Virus record (IMG/VR): IMGVR_UViG_3300007513_000004
Span: 159,403 to 223,402 of that record
DNA: 64,000 nucleotides
Direction: 5' to 3' (one strand)
This document shows positions 1 through 9,800 of this stretch, one piece after another; position 1 is the first letter of the stretch, and the number at the start of each line of letters is the position of its first letter. The notes under the pieces are model-generated. The model was not told the DNA's origin. It saw only the letters and a program-made list of their open reading frames with translations, and made no database searches. A program made the translations under genes and the position numbers.

Positions 1-1056
1 GCGAATATCTTCCAGACCCTTAACGAGTCTTAATGCATATTCAATGTTCTTTTCCGGAGAAAGCCTGGCGACCATCCCAAATGCCGTTTCTCCTCTAATT
101 CCCAACTCTTTTCTTAACTCTCTGTTTTCTCTTCTTATAAAAACACTGGTATCAATTCCAACTGGCATTAAGATCTTATTTTTATCTAAAACACCAACAA
201 TATCCTTCGTCAATTCTTCGCTTACTTTGAAAATATTATCAACACCTGATCTGCTTCTTGTGTTTGCAACAGCATCACCCCAAATAAAATCACTATGGTA
301 TATCTCAACAACTTTTGCTGTTATTTTCTTGCTTTCTTTTAACTTCGAAATAACATCATATATCTTTTTGCTATTATAAAAAATAACTGTATCATAATTA
401 TGAGATATAAGAGTTGCTGATAAACGATCTAATGTTCTAATGAGCTTATGCTTTATATTTGGATTTGATAATTCAAATTCTAATTTATTTTTTGATAAAT
501 ACAAAAAATCTATATGAAACATATCTTTAGTTTTAGAGAAAATATTTTTAATATAGACTTCTCCGCCGCCATATATGCCATAGGGTATAATAACTGCAAT
601 TTTCTTATTAAAAGATATATTTTGCATATAAAGCTCCATCTGCCTAACTTCGTCCAACCGTTTCTCTTTTGGTTTTTTTATTATAGGCTTAATAATTCTA
701 TCATCACTTACGACAACTCTTCCCAATTCTATTCTTCCAAATGAATTTTTTGATCTTGATATTTCAATTATACAATTATCAATATTTTCTTTACATTCAA
801 AAGAATATTCGGACCAAGAACTTTTTGTAAACTTTATTTCTTTTTGAAAAAATATCTCTCCACTTTTCTTTTTAATATATAACTTTAATATCCCATTTCC
901 TGAAATCTTTTTACCAATTATTTTTATTTTTGCATTTTTAAAACTTAAAATATCTGTAGACAAACTTGACTTTGCAGACATTACAATGTTTTTATCTACA
1001 AAGCTAACTCCAGAAGACTTCCATTTAATATTATTATATGAATCTAATATTTTCAT
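1..1056 (-). CDS. GT-B glycosyltransferase (GT4-like), truncated at the left window edge; absent from the ORF track
   Basis: Manual translation: ATG at 1056 overlaps the upstream TGA (ATGA) and the frame stays open to base 1. It gives MKILDSYNN...KKIAVIIPYGIYGGGEVYIKN...VEIYHSD...MPVGIDTSVF...FGMVARLSPEKNIEY, i.e. the GGxE start motif, the xGID motif and the ARLxxEKN start of the second Rossmann domain typical of GT4. About 150 aa of extra N-terminal sequence precedes the GT domain. Confidence 0.85.
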   Translation of the reverse strand, partial: MKILDSYNNIKWKSSGVSFVDKNIVMSAKSSLSTDILSFKNAKIKIIGKKISGNGILKLYIKKKSGEIFFQKEIKFTKSSWSEYSFECKENIDNCIIEISRSKNSFGRIELGRVVVSDDRIIKPIIKKPKEKRLDEVRQMELYMQNISFNKKIAVIIPYGIYGGGEVYIKNIFSKTKDMFHIDFLYLSKNKLEFELSNPNIKHKLIRTLDRLSATLISHNYDTVIFYNSKKIYDVISKLKESKKITAKVVEIYHSDFIWGDAVANTRSRSGVDNIFKVSEELTKDIVGVLDKNKILMPVGIDTSVFIRRENRELRKELGIRGETAFGMVARLSPEKNIEYALRLVKGLEDIR

Positions 1057-2138
1057 AAAATATCCAAGATCTGTTTGGCCGCCCTCTCCCAGGTAAACAG
1101 CTTCACTGTTTTGTTAGACTCCTTTTTTAAACTCTTCTTTATATCTTTATAGTTCTCATATGCTTTTGTCATGGTTTCAGACAATGCATCTATATCTGGA
1201 ATATAAGTTTTGGCCCCAGGAGATGGTCTCCAATATTGATATTTGTCTGTGGCATCAATTTCTTTTACATCAACTAATAATGAATTTTTATCATTTAAAA
1301 AATCTAACTGACCAGTACACCTTGGCGCTATAACGATCATGCCTGCGGCCAAACCCTCCAGCAATGGTAGTCCAAACCCTTCAGAAGAAGAGGCGCTAAC
1401 AAGACATTCGCAAGAATTATATAACGGAACCATGCTTTCGTATCGATGCTGAACAACCTCCACCTGAGGCAGCCTTCTGCCTTTATGCTTTTTCTGTATT
1501 TTAAGAATTTCTTTAACAACATCACATTCAAACCTATATTTTGGCTCATTCAACTTTACTTTCAGCAAAAGACATACATCATCATCGTCTGTAAATGCAC
1601 TATAATATGCATCAACAAGCAAATCTATATTCTTTCTATAATGAGGTATAGAGACGTTTAAAAACTTAAATTTTCTCTTTGTCTTAAGATTATCAACTTT
1701 TGCTTTATTCTTAAAATCCTGAGGATTAATACCATGAGGTACAACTATACATTTTTCTTCTGGCCATCCGGCATTTACAAAAATCTCTTTTGAAAAATTA
1801 CTGGAAGGTAAAGCATAATCTACATGTTGAATTTCTTTTGACCAAACTTTTGGCAAAATACTTGTTTCATAATTGTAAATTGCTAATTTTAATTTAGAAT
1901 TTTTATTAAATCTATATTTAAAATTTCTAGGCAATGTATAAGTGAGATCAATATCCGCATTTATACCCTCCCTGCAAAGCTCCATCCAATCTTTTGGAAA
2001 CAAATTATATTTATTTGTACTATTTAAAAACAAATCATGGCCCATTAAGTGAAATTCTCTTAATAAGCTGCGCATAGTGACCGCCCAACTATGGGAAGTG
2101 CCAAGCATCGATTCTGCTCTAATTCTTAATGTGTCCAT
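1053..2138 (-). CDS. GT4 family glycosyltransferase
   Basis: Contains VVPHGIN, RKNIDLLVDAY and the EX7E motif EGFGLPLLEGLAAGMIVIA. Start moved from the track's 2222 to ATG 2138 (MDTLRIR...) because 2222 overlaps the upstream gene. Confidence 0.9.
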   Translation of the reverse strand: MDTLRIRAESMLGTSHSWAVTMRSLLREFHLMGHDLFLNSTNKYNLFPKDWMELCREGINADIDLTYTLPRNFKYRFNKNSKLKLAIYNYETSILPKVWSKEIQHVDYALPSSNFSKEIFVNAGWPEEKCIVVPHGINPQDFKNKAKVDNLKTKRKFKFLNVSIPHYRKNIDLLVDAYYSAFTDDDDVCLLLKVKLNEPKYRFECDVVKEILKIQKKHKGRRLPQVEVVQHRYESMVPLYNSCECLVSASSSEGFGLPLLEGLAAGMIVIAPRCTGQLDFLNDKNSLLVDVKEIDATDKYQYWRPSPGAKTYIPDIDALSETMTKAYENYKDIKKSLKKESNKTVKLFTWERAAKQILDIL

Positions 2139-2147
2139 GGTATGAGA

Positions 2148-2156
2148 ATTATACCA
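2148..2156 (-). promoter_or_regulatory. Putative extended -10 promoter (TGGTATAAT) for the glycosyltransferase pair
   Basis: Exact TGnTATAAT in the 43-nt gap upstream of ATG 2138. No -35 consensus and no Shine-Dalgarno. Confidence 0.5.
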
Positions 2157-2181
2157 AATAATGCTTTGTTTTTTTATAAAA

Positions 2182-5100
2182 CTATGGCAAATGGAAGTAG
2201 CATGGGAACGGTCCTTCGACAAAGGTTCCGGTTGCTGTACTGCCCGCTATGAAGAAGCACAGATCATCATCTTCAAAGTCTGTTTCTTCAACACACACTC
2301 CTATGCCTATTCTGCTGAGATCCTTTACACCAACCATTATATCTTCATTTCTGAATCCAGATTTCTTAAGGTGTACTCCAAATTGCAAAACCGTTCTATT
2401 TGAATCATTCAATGTATCATATAATATATTTTTGGTTTGCAATGTAGCAATTCCGGTTGTTGCGTCCAAACTGACACCAACCTTGAATATAACCCCGGTT
2501 GTTACCTCTTCATATTCTATCTCAAAAGACATCTCTGGAGATATAGACATAGCAGTCTCCGCAGAGCCGCTAGGTTCTATAATTAAAGCTTTATAAAAAC
2601 CAGGCAGATGTCCAGCTTGTGATAAAAAGTACAATGCCAAGGTAGTGATGTCAACATCTATGGTGCCGCCAGAGACTAACTCTCCAGGCTGAAAAGTAAC
2701 AACGAAAGAATCATTGTCTTCTAACGGATAATCTATTACCGTACCTAAGTTGTCTGCATTTAATATGTTATATGGAATTATATTATAATCCTCTGCACCG
2801 TCTGCAGCCGAAACAGACTCTGTCGTAGTTATAGATAATGTTGCCCCTATAACATTAGTCCTCTGTGTTAACATCAGAGGGAAGGCGACAGTGGCTCTGT
2901 TTATCAAAGAGTCAGAGTCTCTACTTATATCTATAGATGCCTCTTCCAAGTCTGACGAAGAAGAATATCCGTGTCTCATAACCAAACTATGCAATGTGCC
3001 GGTGAACTGAACTGGATAAGTTGGATATGCATATTGTGCAAGCTCAAAAGATACGCTGGCATCTCCGGCTCCGGGCTGAACGTCTGGAGTTTCTCCTATT
3101 CTTATAAACTGACCTGTTATATTGTCTGTTGAATCTATCAAAGTATCATCATAATACATTGCAAAAACAGCCTCATCAATTCTTCTTAATCTAAATATTA
3201 TTTCATCATTTAAATCATCCGCAGCATCTATAGAAAAGTCGAAATCACTTACAACATCGCCATCGGCATCGCCAAGCGTTATAACTCCATTATAAAACAT
3301 CTCTGTAGCACCACTTCCCGACAATCTCCATCCGAACTTAAGGACGGATGTTGTTTCGGCATTGGTAATAGTTATTGTCGTAAAAAATGCAATCTTTCCA
3401 TGGACAAGAGTACTGTCATCCCAAACTGTTCGCGACATTACAAAATCAATAATAAAATCACCCGATAATTCGCTGTCGATTATAGTTGGGACCGAAGGAT
3501 AATCTAGTTTTGCATATCTCTCATCAGCATTAATTGTCGATAATACAAAAACCGCTGGCTCATTTGGTCCAGAAAGTGCAGTTACAAAGGCGTCTGACGA
3601 TGGACTGTCAGAGGCATCTTGCCACTGATTAAAACCATTATCATCAGGATATGTAAAGTCTGTAAAAGACTCTGATATAACCTCTTCAGAGTCAGCGGCC
3701 TCTGTTTCGTCGGCATATCCGTCTACAGCATATCCGTCTACAAAGGCATCTACGTAAAGGCTGGAAATACACTGACTAAACTTTATTCTGCCTTTTGTCA
3801 AATCAGTTTCTGAACCAGAATCTTCGCACCCAACATATGTTCCGTCCGAAAACTTCATAGCAGGATATCCCGATTCTGTTTCGCAGGTTCCAGATTCAGC
3901 TTTTATAAAATTTGTATATAAATCAATTTGGCAGTCATCAACAGTCCCTGGAGGAAGCGGAATAGTTATCGTAGAAAACTCTATATCTCCATGATATGGA
4001 ACTCCAGGTTCCTTGTATATTTCGCCATTCGGTATAAACAAATCATTTGCCAAAACCTTTTGGTTTTTATAGATAGGAGCGCAATCGCCCTCCTCCATAC
4101 AGACTTCCTCGTCACAAACACATGATTCTTCATACTCTTCTGTAAAGTTTGTTTCCGAATATCTTCTTAGATCACATATATCAAGAAAGGTATCATCATG
4201 CGGTGCTCCAATATATGTTATTGACCAATTTTTTTCTTCAAATGGTACATTTAAAAGCTTCATATTATCGGAATAGGTATTTACCCTGGTCCCGCTTACA
4301 ATAACAACGTCCCCTAAATCACTAGAGCCAACAAAGGCTACTGCCTCTCCGTCTGTATCTGTAACGGACAACTCCACACTTACTCCGTCTGTATCTACTG
4401 TCTTGGAATATATAACATATGTGCCAGCAGACGATCCGGAAGATATTGTTATCTGATCCCCAACCCTCAGGGACAAAGCTTCATTTTCCGTCTCTACCGC
4501 AAAACTAACAGTGTCCTCTCCATCGGCTGTGGCCGGAGTGCTTAAAACGCCCCAATCGGAAAATTCTGCAGAATCAAATAGCGTTGGAAAGTCATCTTCT
4601 TCTAAAACATTTTCCAACTTTAATCTTAATACATTAAATGATTCATCTAAGGTGAAATTTACATATCCATCTATTGCATCTTCTATAAGCTCTATATCAG
4701 AACCATCTACCGTATCATCTTCGTTCAAATCAGCCTGAATAAATGTAACCAAGTCAAGCTCTCCGCCTAGAATCTTGCGCTCTGTGGTTTCTGTGTTTAT
4801 TGTGTTACCAACCACATTGAGTAACTCCATTATATCATTAGAAGTTAACTCTTTATCATTATCTAAGTCTCCAGCATACATTTTGTCGCATATGACACTA
4901 ACAATTCTATATCTAGAATTACATTCGCAATCTAAATCTGGAATAATAACTCTATTTATTAGATTTGAAGTTAACAGCTCAGAACTTGGCTCTATAAATA
5001 CGATTTCATCATTGCCAATATAACCCGGCTTGTCGAAAACTCCCGTTATATCCTGTGCTTCTCTTACATTTTTATCCTTTACTCTGGCCAATAAAACGGG

Positions 5101-6783
5101 TGGATAATCTTCATCGACCTCTGCCCACTCGTCTGCAGTCATTACTGCTACAGATGGAGCATCTTGAATTCTTGTATTAACAAAGTTTCCAGTTCTAGGG
5201 TGTGTTGCGGGAGTCTCAAAGTTATCTTGCCGCTGCAATACAAGCAGGTTTTCAGTTCCTTCCGAAACGTCACTCAATGATATATTTCTCAAAAAATAAG
5301 ACACTTCGGTACTTCCAACGTAATCAACAGTTTTTGGAAGAATTACTGGAAAACCATCTTCGGTATATGCTATACCGTCTGTAACCTCTACTGTGTCAGA
5401 GTGAACTGCAAACCAAAGTGACGAATCTGAATCATCGACATATACTAAATTATTTGGATCATATTCAAAAAATCTAGTTGTTTGCTTGTCAAAGCTTTCG
5501 AGGACGTTCAGCGTTTGACCATTATCAGTCTTTCTTGAGGGTCTGTCGTAACCTTTCTGCATCACAACCGTACCGGTCCTGTTGTCTCCCCGCCTGCTGA
5601 TAAGTACCGCATAATATTCATCAACATCTAATGATGGTTCAATATTTGGATCAGCGATTAGCGTGCCAGAGAAGTCAAAGCTTACAACCCGAGGTGTATC
5701 ATCAAGCTTGACCCCCAATGCTGCAAGATCTGCTTGAGAATATGACATCTCAATAATAGGAGAAGGGTCAGGGTCAAAGTCTATCAAGTTGTCAGGGGCT
5801 GGATCAGTTATGCAACTTATATCGGTTGATAACTTGTGAATTGAAATAACTATATCGCCTGAAAAATCATACTCAAGCCCAGAACTTGCATCCTCATCTT
5901 CCGAAACAGAAAGTAGTAAATCAATTTTTTGAATATTATTTGCTTTTGCTAAAAACTTCTGTCCATAAGTAGTGGTTTGGTCTCCATCTACTTCAAAATA
6001 AATCTCCTCTTCCGACTCTAATTCGAAATACAAATCATTAAAATTATATATAGAACCAAGACCTGTTTTTATTTCATCCTCAATAGACAAATCTGCACTA
6101 GAGGTTATAAAGTTTGCAAGATCCATATTTGGAGAATCTGTTTGAAAGGCAGTCTTCGTTCTCGCAAAGACCTTAAAGGGCTCTGCCTCTCTAAAAACAA
6201 TTTTTCCACTATCAGAAAGAGTATTTAAGCTTTCCTTTTCTAAACTATGCTCTGTCTTTCCGGTTCCTCCGGAAAAATTATTAAAAAGTACCGCTATAAC
6301 GCGTGTATAGTAATGCTCTGTAATCTTTGATATATTTTGCTTAAAGCTTATAACCTCTGAAACAAGTTCTCCAGAGTCGCTCAGGCTGCTGTATACAGTT
6401 CCAAGGATCAAAACCTTAGCTTCGATTCTACCACCAACATCAAGGCCAGAGGCCTCGACCTCTATTCTGTTTCCATAAATAATATCACTGGGCTGCCTAT
6501 CTAAATAGATAGCCCTTCCATCATACTCGCCGGAATCTATAACAAATTCTGATTCATTCTCATCATCACTGCTGTCCAAATTACCCGCAGGATCGCTCGT
6601 ATCTAATAAAACACGGCTTTCAAACAAGCGATCTCTTATGATTCCGCTTCCATGAAAATCCTTTGTTAAATTAGAAACTAAACCCCTATGGTGAATTTGT
6701 TCAGCATCTAAATCAGCCTCTGTTATTCTTTGGCCGTCAAAGAAATTTACTCTGGGAAGTTTTTCTCTATTAGCCTTTGCCAT
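2182..6783 (-). CDS. Large baseplate-associated fibre/structural protein (1533 aa) with an internal dockerin/EF-hand-like loop pair
   Basis: N-terminus PRVNFFDGQRITEADLDAEQIHH resembles the RxNFFxGQxLTxxDLxxEQ anchor of contractile-system fibre proteins. Lies directly after the wedge gene, is acidic and beta-rich, and has SD-like AGGAG upstream. Confidence 0.6.
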   Translation of the reverse strand: MAKANREKLPRVNFFDGQRITEADLDAEQIHHRGLVSNLTKDFHGSGIIRDRLFESRVLLDTSDPAGNLDSSDDENESEFVIDSGEYDGRAIYLDRQPSDIIYGNRIEVEASGLDVGGRIEAKVLILGTVYSSLSDSGELVSEVISFKQNISKITEHYYTRVIAVLFNNFSGGTGKTEHSLEKESLNTLSDSGKIVFREAEPFKVFARTKTAFQTDSPNMDLANFITSSADLSIEDEIKTGLGSIYNFNDLYFELESEEEIYFEVDGDQTTTYGQKFLAKANNIQKIDLLLSVSEDEDASSGLEYDFSGDIVISIHKLSTDISCITDPAPDNLIDFDPDPSPIIEMSYSQADLAALGVKLDDTPRVVSFDFSGTLIADPNIEPSLDVDEYYAVLISRRGDNRTGTVVMQKGYDRPSRKTDNGQTLNVLESFDKQTTRFFEYDPNNLVYVDDSDSSLWFAVHSDTVEVTDGIAYTEDGFPVILPKTVDYVGSTEVSYFLRNISLSDVSEGTENLLVLQRQDNFETPATHPRTGNFVNTRIQDAPSVAVMTADEWAEVDEDYPPVLLARVKDKNVREAQDITGVFDKPGYIGNDEIVFIEPSSELLTSNLINRVIIPDLDCECNSRYRIVSVICDKMYAGDLDNDKELTSNDIMELLNVVGNTINTETTERKILGGELDLVTFIQADLNEDDTVDGSDIELIEDAIDGYVNFTLDESFNVLRLKLENVLEEDDFPTLFDSAEFSDWGVLSTPATADGEDTVSFAVETENEALSLRVGDQITISSGSSAGTYVIYSKTVDTDGVSVELSVTDTDGEAVAFVGSSDLGDVVIVSGTRVNTYSDNMKLLNVPFEEKNWSITYIGAPHDDTFLDICDLRRYSETNFTEEYEESCVCDEEVCMEEGDCAPIYKNQKVLANDLFIPNGEIYKEPGVPYHGDIEFSTITIPLPPGTVDDCQIDLYTNFIKAESGTCETESGYPAMKFSDGTYVGCEDSGSETDLTKGRIKFSQCISSLYVDAFVDGYAVDGYADETEAADSEEVISESFTDFTYPDDNGFNQWQDASDSPSSDAFVTALSGPNEPAVFVLSTINADERYAKLDYPSVPTIIDSELSGDFIIDFVMSRTVWDDSTLVHGKIAFFTTITITNAETTSVLKFGWRLSGSGATEMFYNGVITLGDADGDVVSDFDFSIDAADDLNDEIIFRLRRIDEAVFAMYYDDTLIDSTDNITGQFIRIGETPDVQPGAGDASVSFELAQYAYPTYPVQFTGTLHSLVMRHGYSSSSDLEEASIDISRDSDSLINRATVAFPLMLTQRTNVIGATLSITTTESVSAADGAEDYNIIPYNILNADNLGTVIDYPLEDNDSFVVTFQPGELVSGGTIDVDITTLALYFLSQAGHLPGFYKALIIEPSGSAETAMSISPEMSFEIEYEEVTTGVIFKVGVSLDATTGIATLQTKNILYDTLNDSNRTVLQFGVHLKKSGFRNEDIMVGVKDLSRIGIGVCVEETDFEDDDLCFFIAGSTATGTFVEGPFPCYFHLP
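3713..3742. repeat. 15-bp tandem duplication (gcatatccgtctaca x2) encoding VDGYA VDGYA
   Basis: Read directly from the sequence. Confidence 0.9.
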
Positions 6784-6825
6784 TAAACATCTCCTACCTT
6801 TAACCTATATCGATACATCCAAGAT

Positions 6826-6833
6826 TATTAATA
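6826..6833 (-). promoter_or_regulatory. Candidate late-promoter octamer TATTAATA
   Basis: Intergenic, 42 nt upstream of ATG 6783. Flanks match the 61565 copy (AGCTCTA[T/C]TAATA). Confidence 0.4.
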
Positions 6834-6840
6834 GAGCTTA

Positions 6841-9800
6841 TTAGCATGGTTCTCTTGGGAATTTTATCAATGCATTCGAATGTGCAGGCTTTAATCTATC
6901 GACAAGTTCGACTATCAAATCCTCAACTTCATCACTGTTAATCTTACCAAAATTATCCGCTACTTCTATATCAAAATTAAAGATACCTTTTGAGGGGTCA
7001 ACAACCGTTGCATAAAAGTCCTCTTCACTTTCTTGTTCAAAATTCAACATAAGAGTTGTTGCATCGTCTTTAACCACAGGCATGACGGTATCTGTATTAG
7101 ATGAATAATTTGGATCAATATAATCTCCTGCAGGATCTTTAAATGTGCTTCTCATCGTTCTGCTAAATCTTATATTATCCATTCTAGATAATGCCGACTT
7201 TCTTTCAAAAGCATCAGACCCAACGCATACTAGTCTAAAATCATCTCCAAGCTTTATATTATAATCTATTTGTCTAGAGGCACCTTCTTGTTGTGTGGTT
7301 TGCCCATAAACAAACCCTGTACCATATATTACGCCTTCTTGACCATATGTTATGAACCCACTTTCAACCCCATCTACAAACAGCCTCATCGTATCTGATG
7401 CCGAATTTGTCCTATATGTACACATGACTCTATGCCAAGTGTTTCTATTCCAATCTATATCTTTACATATTATATTTGTACTACCATTTGCAATTATTGA
7501 GAAAACAATCTGACTTCTCTCGTTTTTATAAACAGACACCCTGTCTCCGGATAAGCTGCGCGGAATATACGAAACAAGCACATCAACCTTCGATCCTGGC
7601 AAAGCATCTGTCAAAAAGAGTCTTTTTCCGTCTGCGGAAAGCTTGCTTCCTATCGAAAAGTCCTTTTCAATTCCCGTCCCGCCTGTAAGCCGACCTGTTG
7701 TTTCGCTTCTATAGATTTCATCAAATAATATTTTATCTATTTCATCCTGAGAATAAAACTCTGAAAATTCTTGAGAATCTTGCAAAAGCTGCACACTAAC
7801 AACTTCCTTTGCCGGAGTTGGCAAATCAATTATCGTTGGAGAAAAAGATGTAACTCGCTTTCTGGTTACCGAATAAATATCAACATAATATCTTTCAACC
7901 TCATCTCCGATTGTATCTAAGACTGGACTTATCCAAAACTCAATCGTTCCTTCTTTTCTTCTAAAATAAGAAAGCCTATTATTTATAACTAAAGGCTGTG
8001 TATTAAAGAATCTTGCTGATAATCCAAAATTATCATTAACGCTGTTTTCGCTAACCAACATATCATCGCTTCTAATCAGCTTCGTCTCATTAAATAGCGG
8101 CCCATCTTGTGCATAATGACATTCAATATAAGCCTCTATAGCCGTATCTTTATCAAAGCCCATACGAACCATTGTTGATACAAACATATCTTCATCATTA
8201 ATATACTTTAAAAGCTTCTCTCTGTCTTCCAAATCAAGTTTAAATTTAAAATTACTCTCTGTATTTAAAAACTCTTTTTGCCTTAATCTTCTTGACTGAA
8301 GAGCTATTGGGTCATCAAAATGAATCAATGCAAGAGTCTGATCGTCTGGACAGTGTGGATTCGGATTCAGAAAATCCTCTGTAACACTTCTCGTTCCATC
8401 TGTATCACTTTGTGTAGGCCGTGTATCGCTAGACATCTCCGTTATGATTCTAAACTCATCTATGGTTCCGCCAAATTGGCCCGCTTCATTCCTATCACAC
8501 CCTATATAAAGATGATCCCCAACCTTTGGTAGTTTTATATTTAAAAATGCAGGATAATTCAGATAATAATCACCAGGATGTAATTCAAACGGATAAAACC
8601 CATTGGATCCAGCTGCAGTCAAAATAAGGCTTCCATTTGAATATTCAAATACCTCTGCATATTCTCCGCCATTATCTGAAACTGTAATTGGATTCGTCTC
8701 AATAAGCTCTACAACATACGGCTCATAATCTGGATCTGCCAAATAAATCTCTCCAACCATTTTTGATACAGATTTAAATAACTTCTTACCCTTTATTGTT
8801 CCGTTTCCTCTTATGGAAAAGACCTCCTCATCCGTTCCGTCTATAGTCTCTCCATATACTGTAATCTTATTTGTATAGATATCATCCATGTAACCTTCGG
8901 GATATCCTTCTATATCTTTTTCGCAAAAAGCTGTATTGTCTGAATCAAATTTGATCGATAAATATCTGCCCAAATTTTTCTTATAAACCTGAACTGGTTG
9001 ACAAATAAGCAGATGATGACCATCATCACCCTCTAGGTCTATTTCAAAAATTGACCGATGCAAAAAGTCTTCCTCCTCCACAATGCTGTCTAAAGTAGGA
9101 ATTGTTCGCGGCAAAACAATCCTTCTTACCGTAACATCTTCCAACGATACTGGCTCTGCAGCGTGGGCCAAAATAACACTCTTACCGCTCTTTACATCAT
9201 ACGGCTTCTCATCAAGCCTATAATATGAAGAACTAGATAAACTTATTATATCATTACAATTTGCATAAACCAAACCAAAGGTTTCTATGTGAATATTTAG
9301 ATCAGAAAAATCAATCGTACTATTAAAGTTGCAATCAGCATCCTTTCCGACAAACTCTACCACCTTTGTGGCTATATTAACCCTATATTGTGGATTTATA
9401 ACATTTTCACCGCTCACAATACTTATTGATCCACCATCTACGGTGTATAATATCCCGCCCAACTCTGTTTCGTTACCTTCGCAATCTGTTCTAAATATTG
9501 CAAAAGAACTATTTCTAAAATCGGTCGCTATATCTTCTTTGATTCCTGCGGTTGGGGGAAACATAAACTTTATATCAGAAGCAGAAGCGTCAAACGTAAC
9601 CGTATCCAAGCTTAACCCGCTAACAAAAGTGACATCATCCCCGTCAACGCTGTTTATAATAAACTCCTGACCAACATATGATGCGGCCACAGTTGACTCC
9701 AGGAAGATTATAGACCTTCCTACCATCTCTTGAGAGAAGCCGGCCTTACTTGACGTAAAAGAAGATGAATCAGCCAAAATTGTTCCATCTGTAAAAATAT

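Noticed and set aside
2139-2222. Track start at 2222 for the GT4 gene
   Set aside because: It overlaps the upstream gene's end and spans a promoter-like element. ATG 2138 fits the GT4 N-terminus better.
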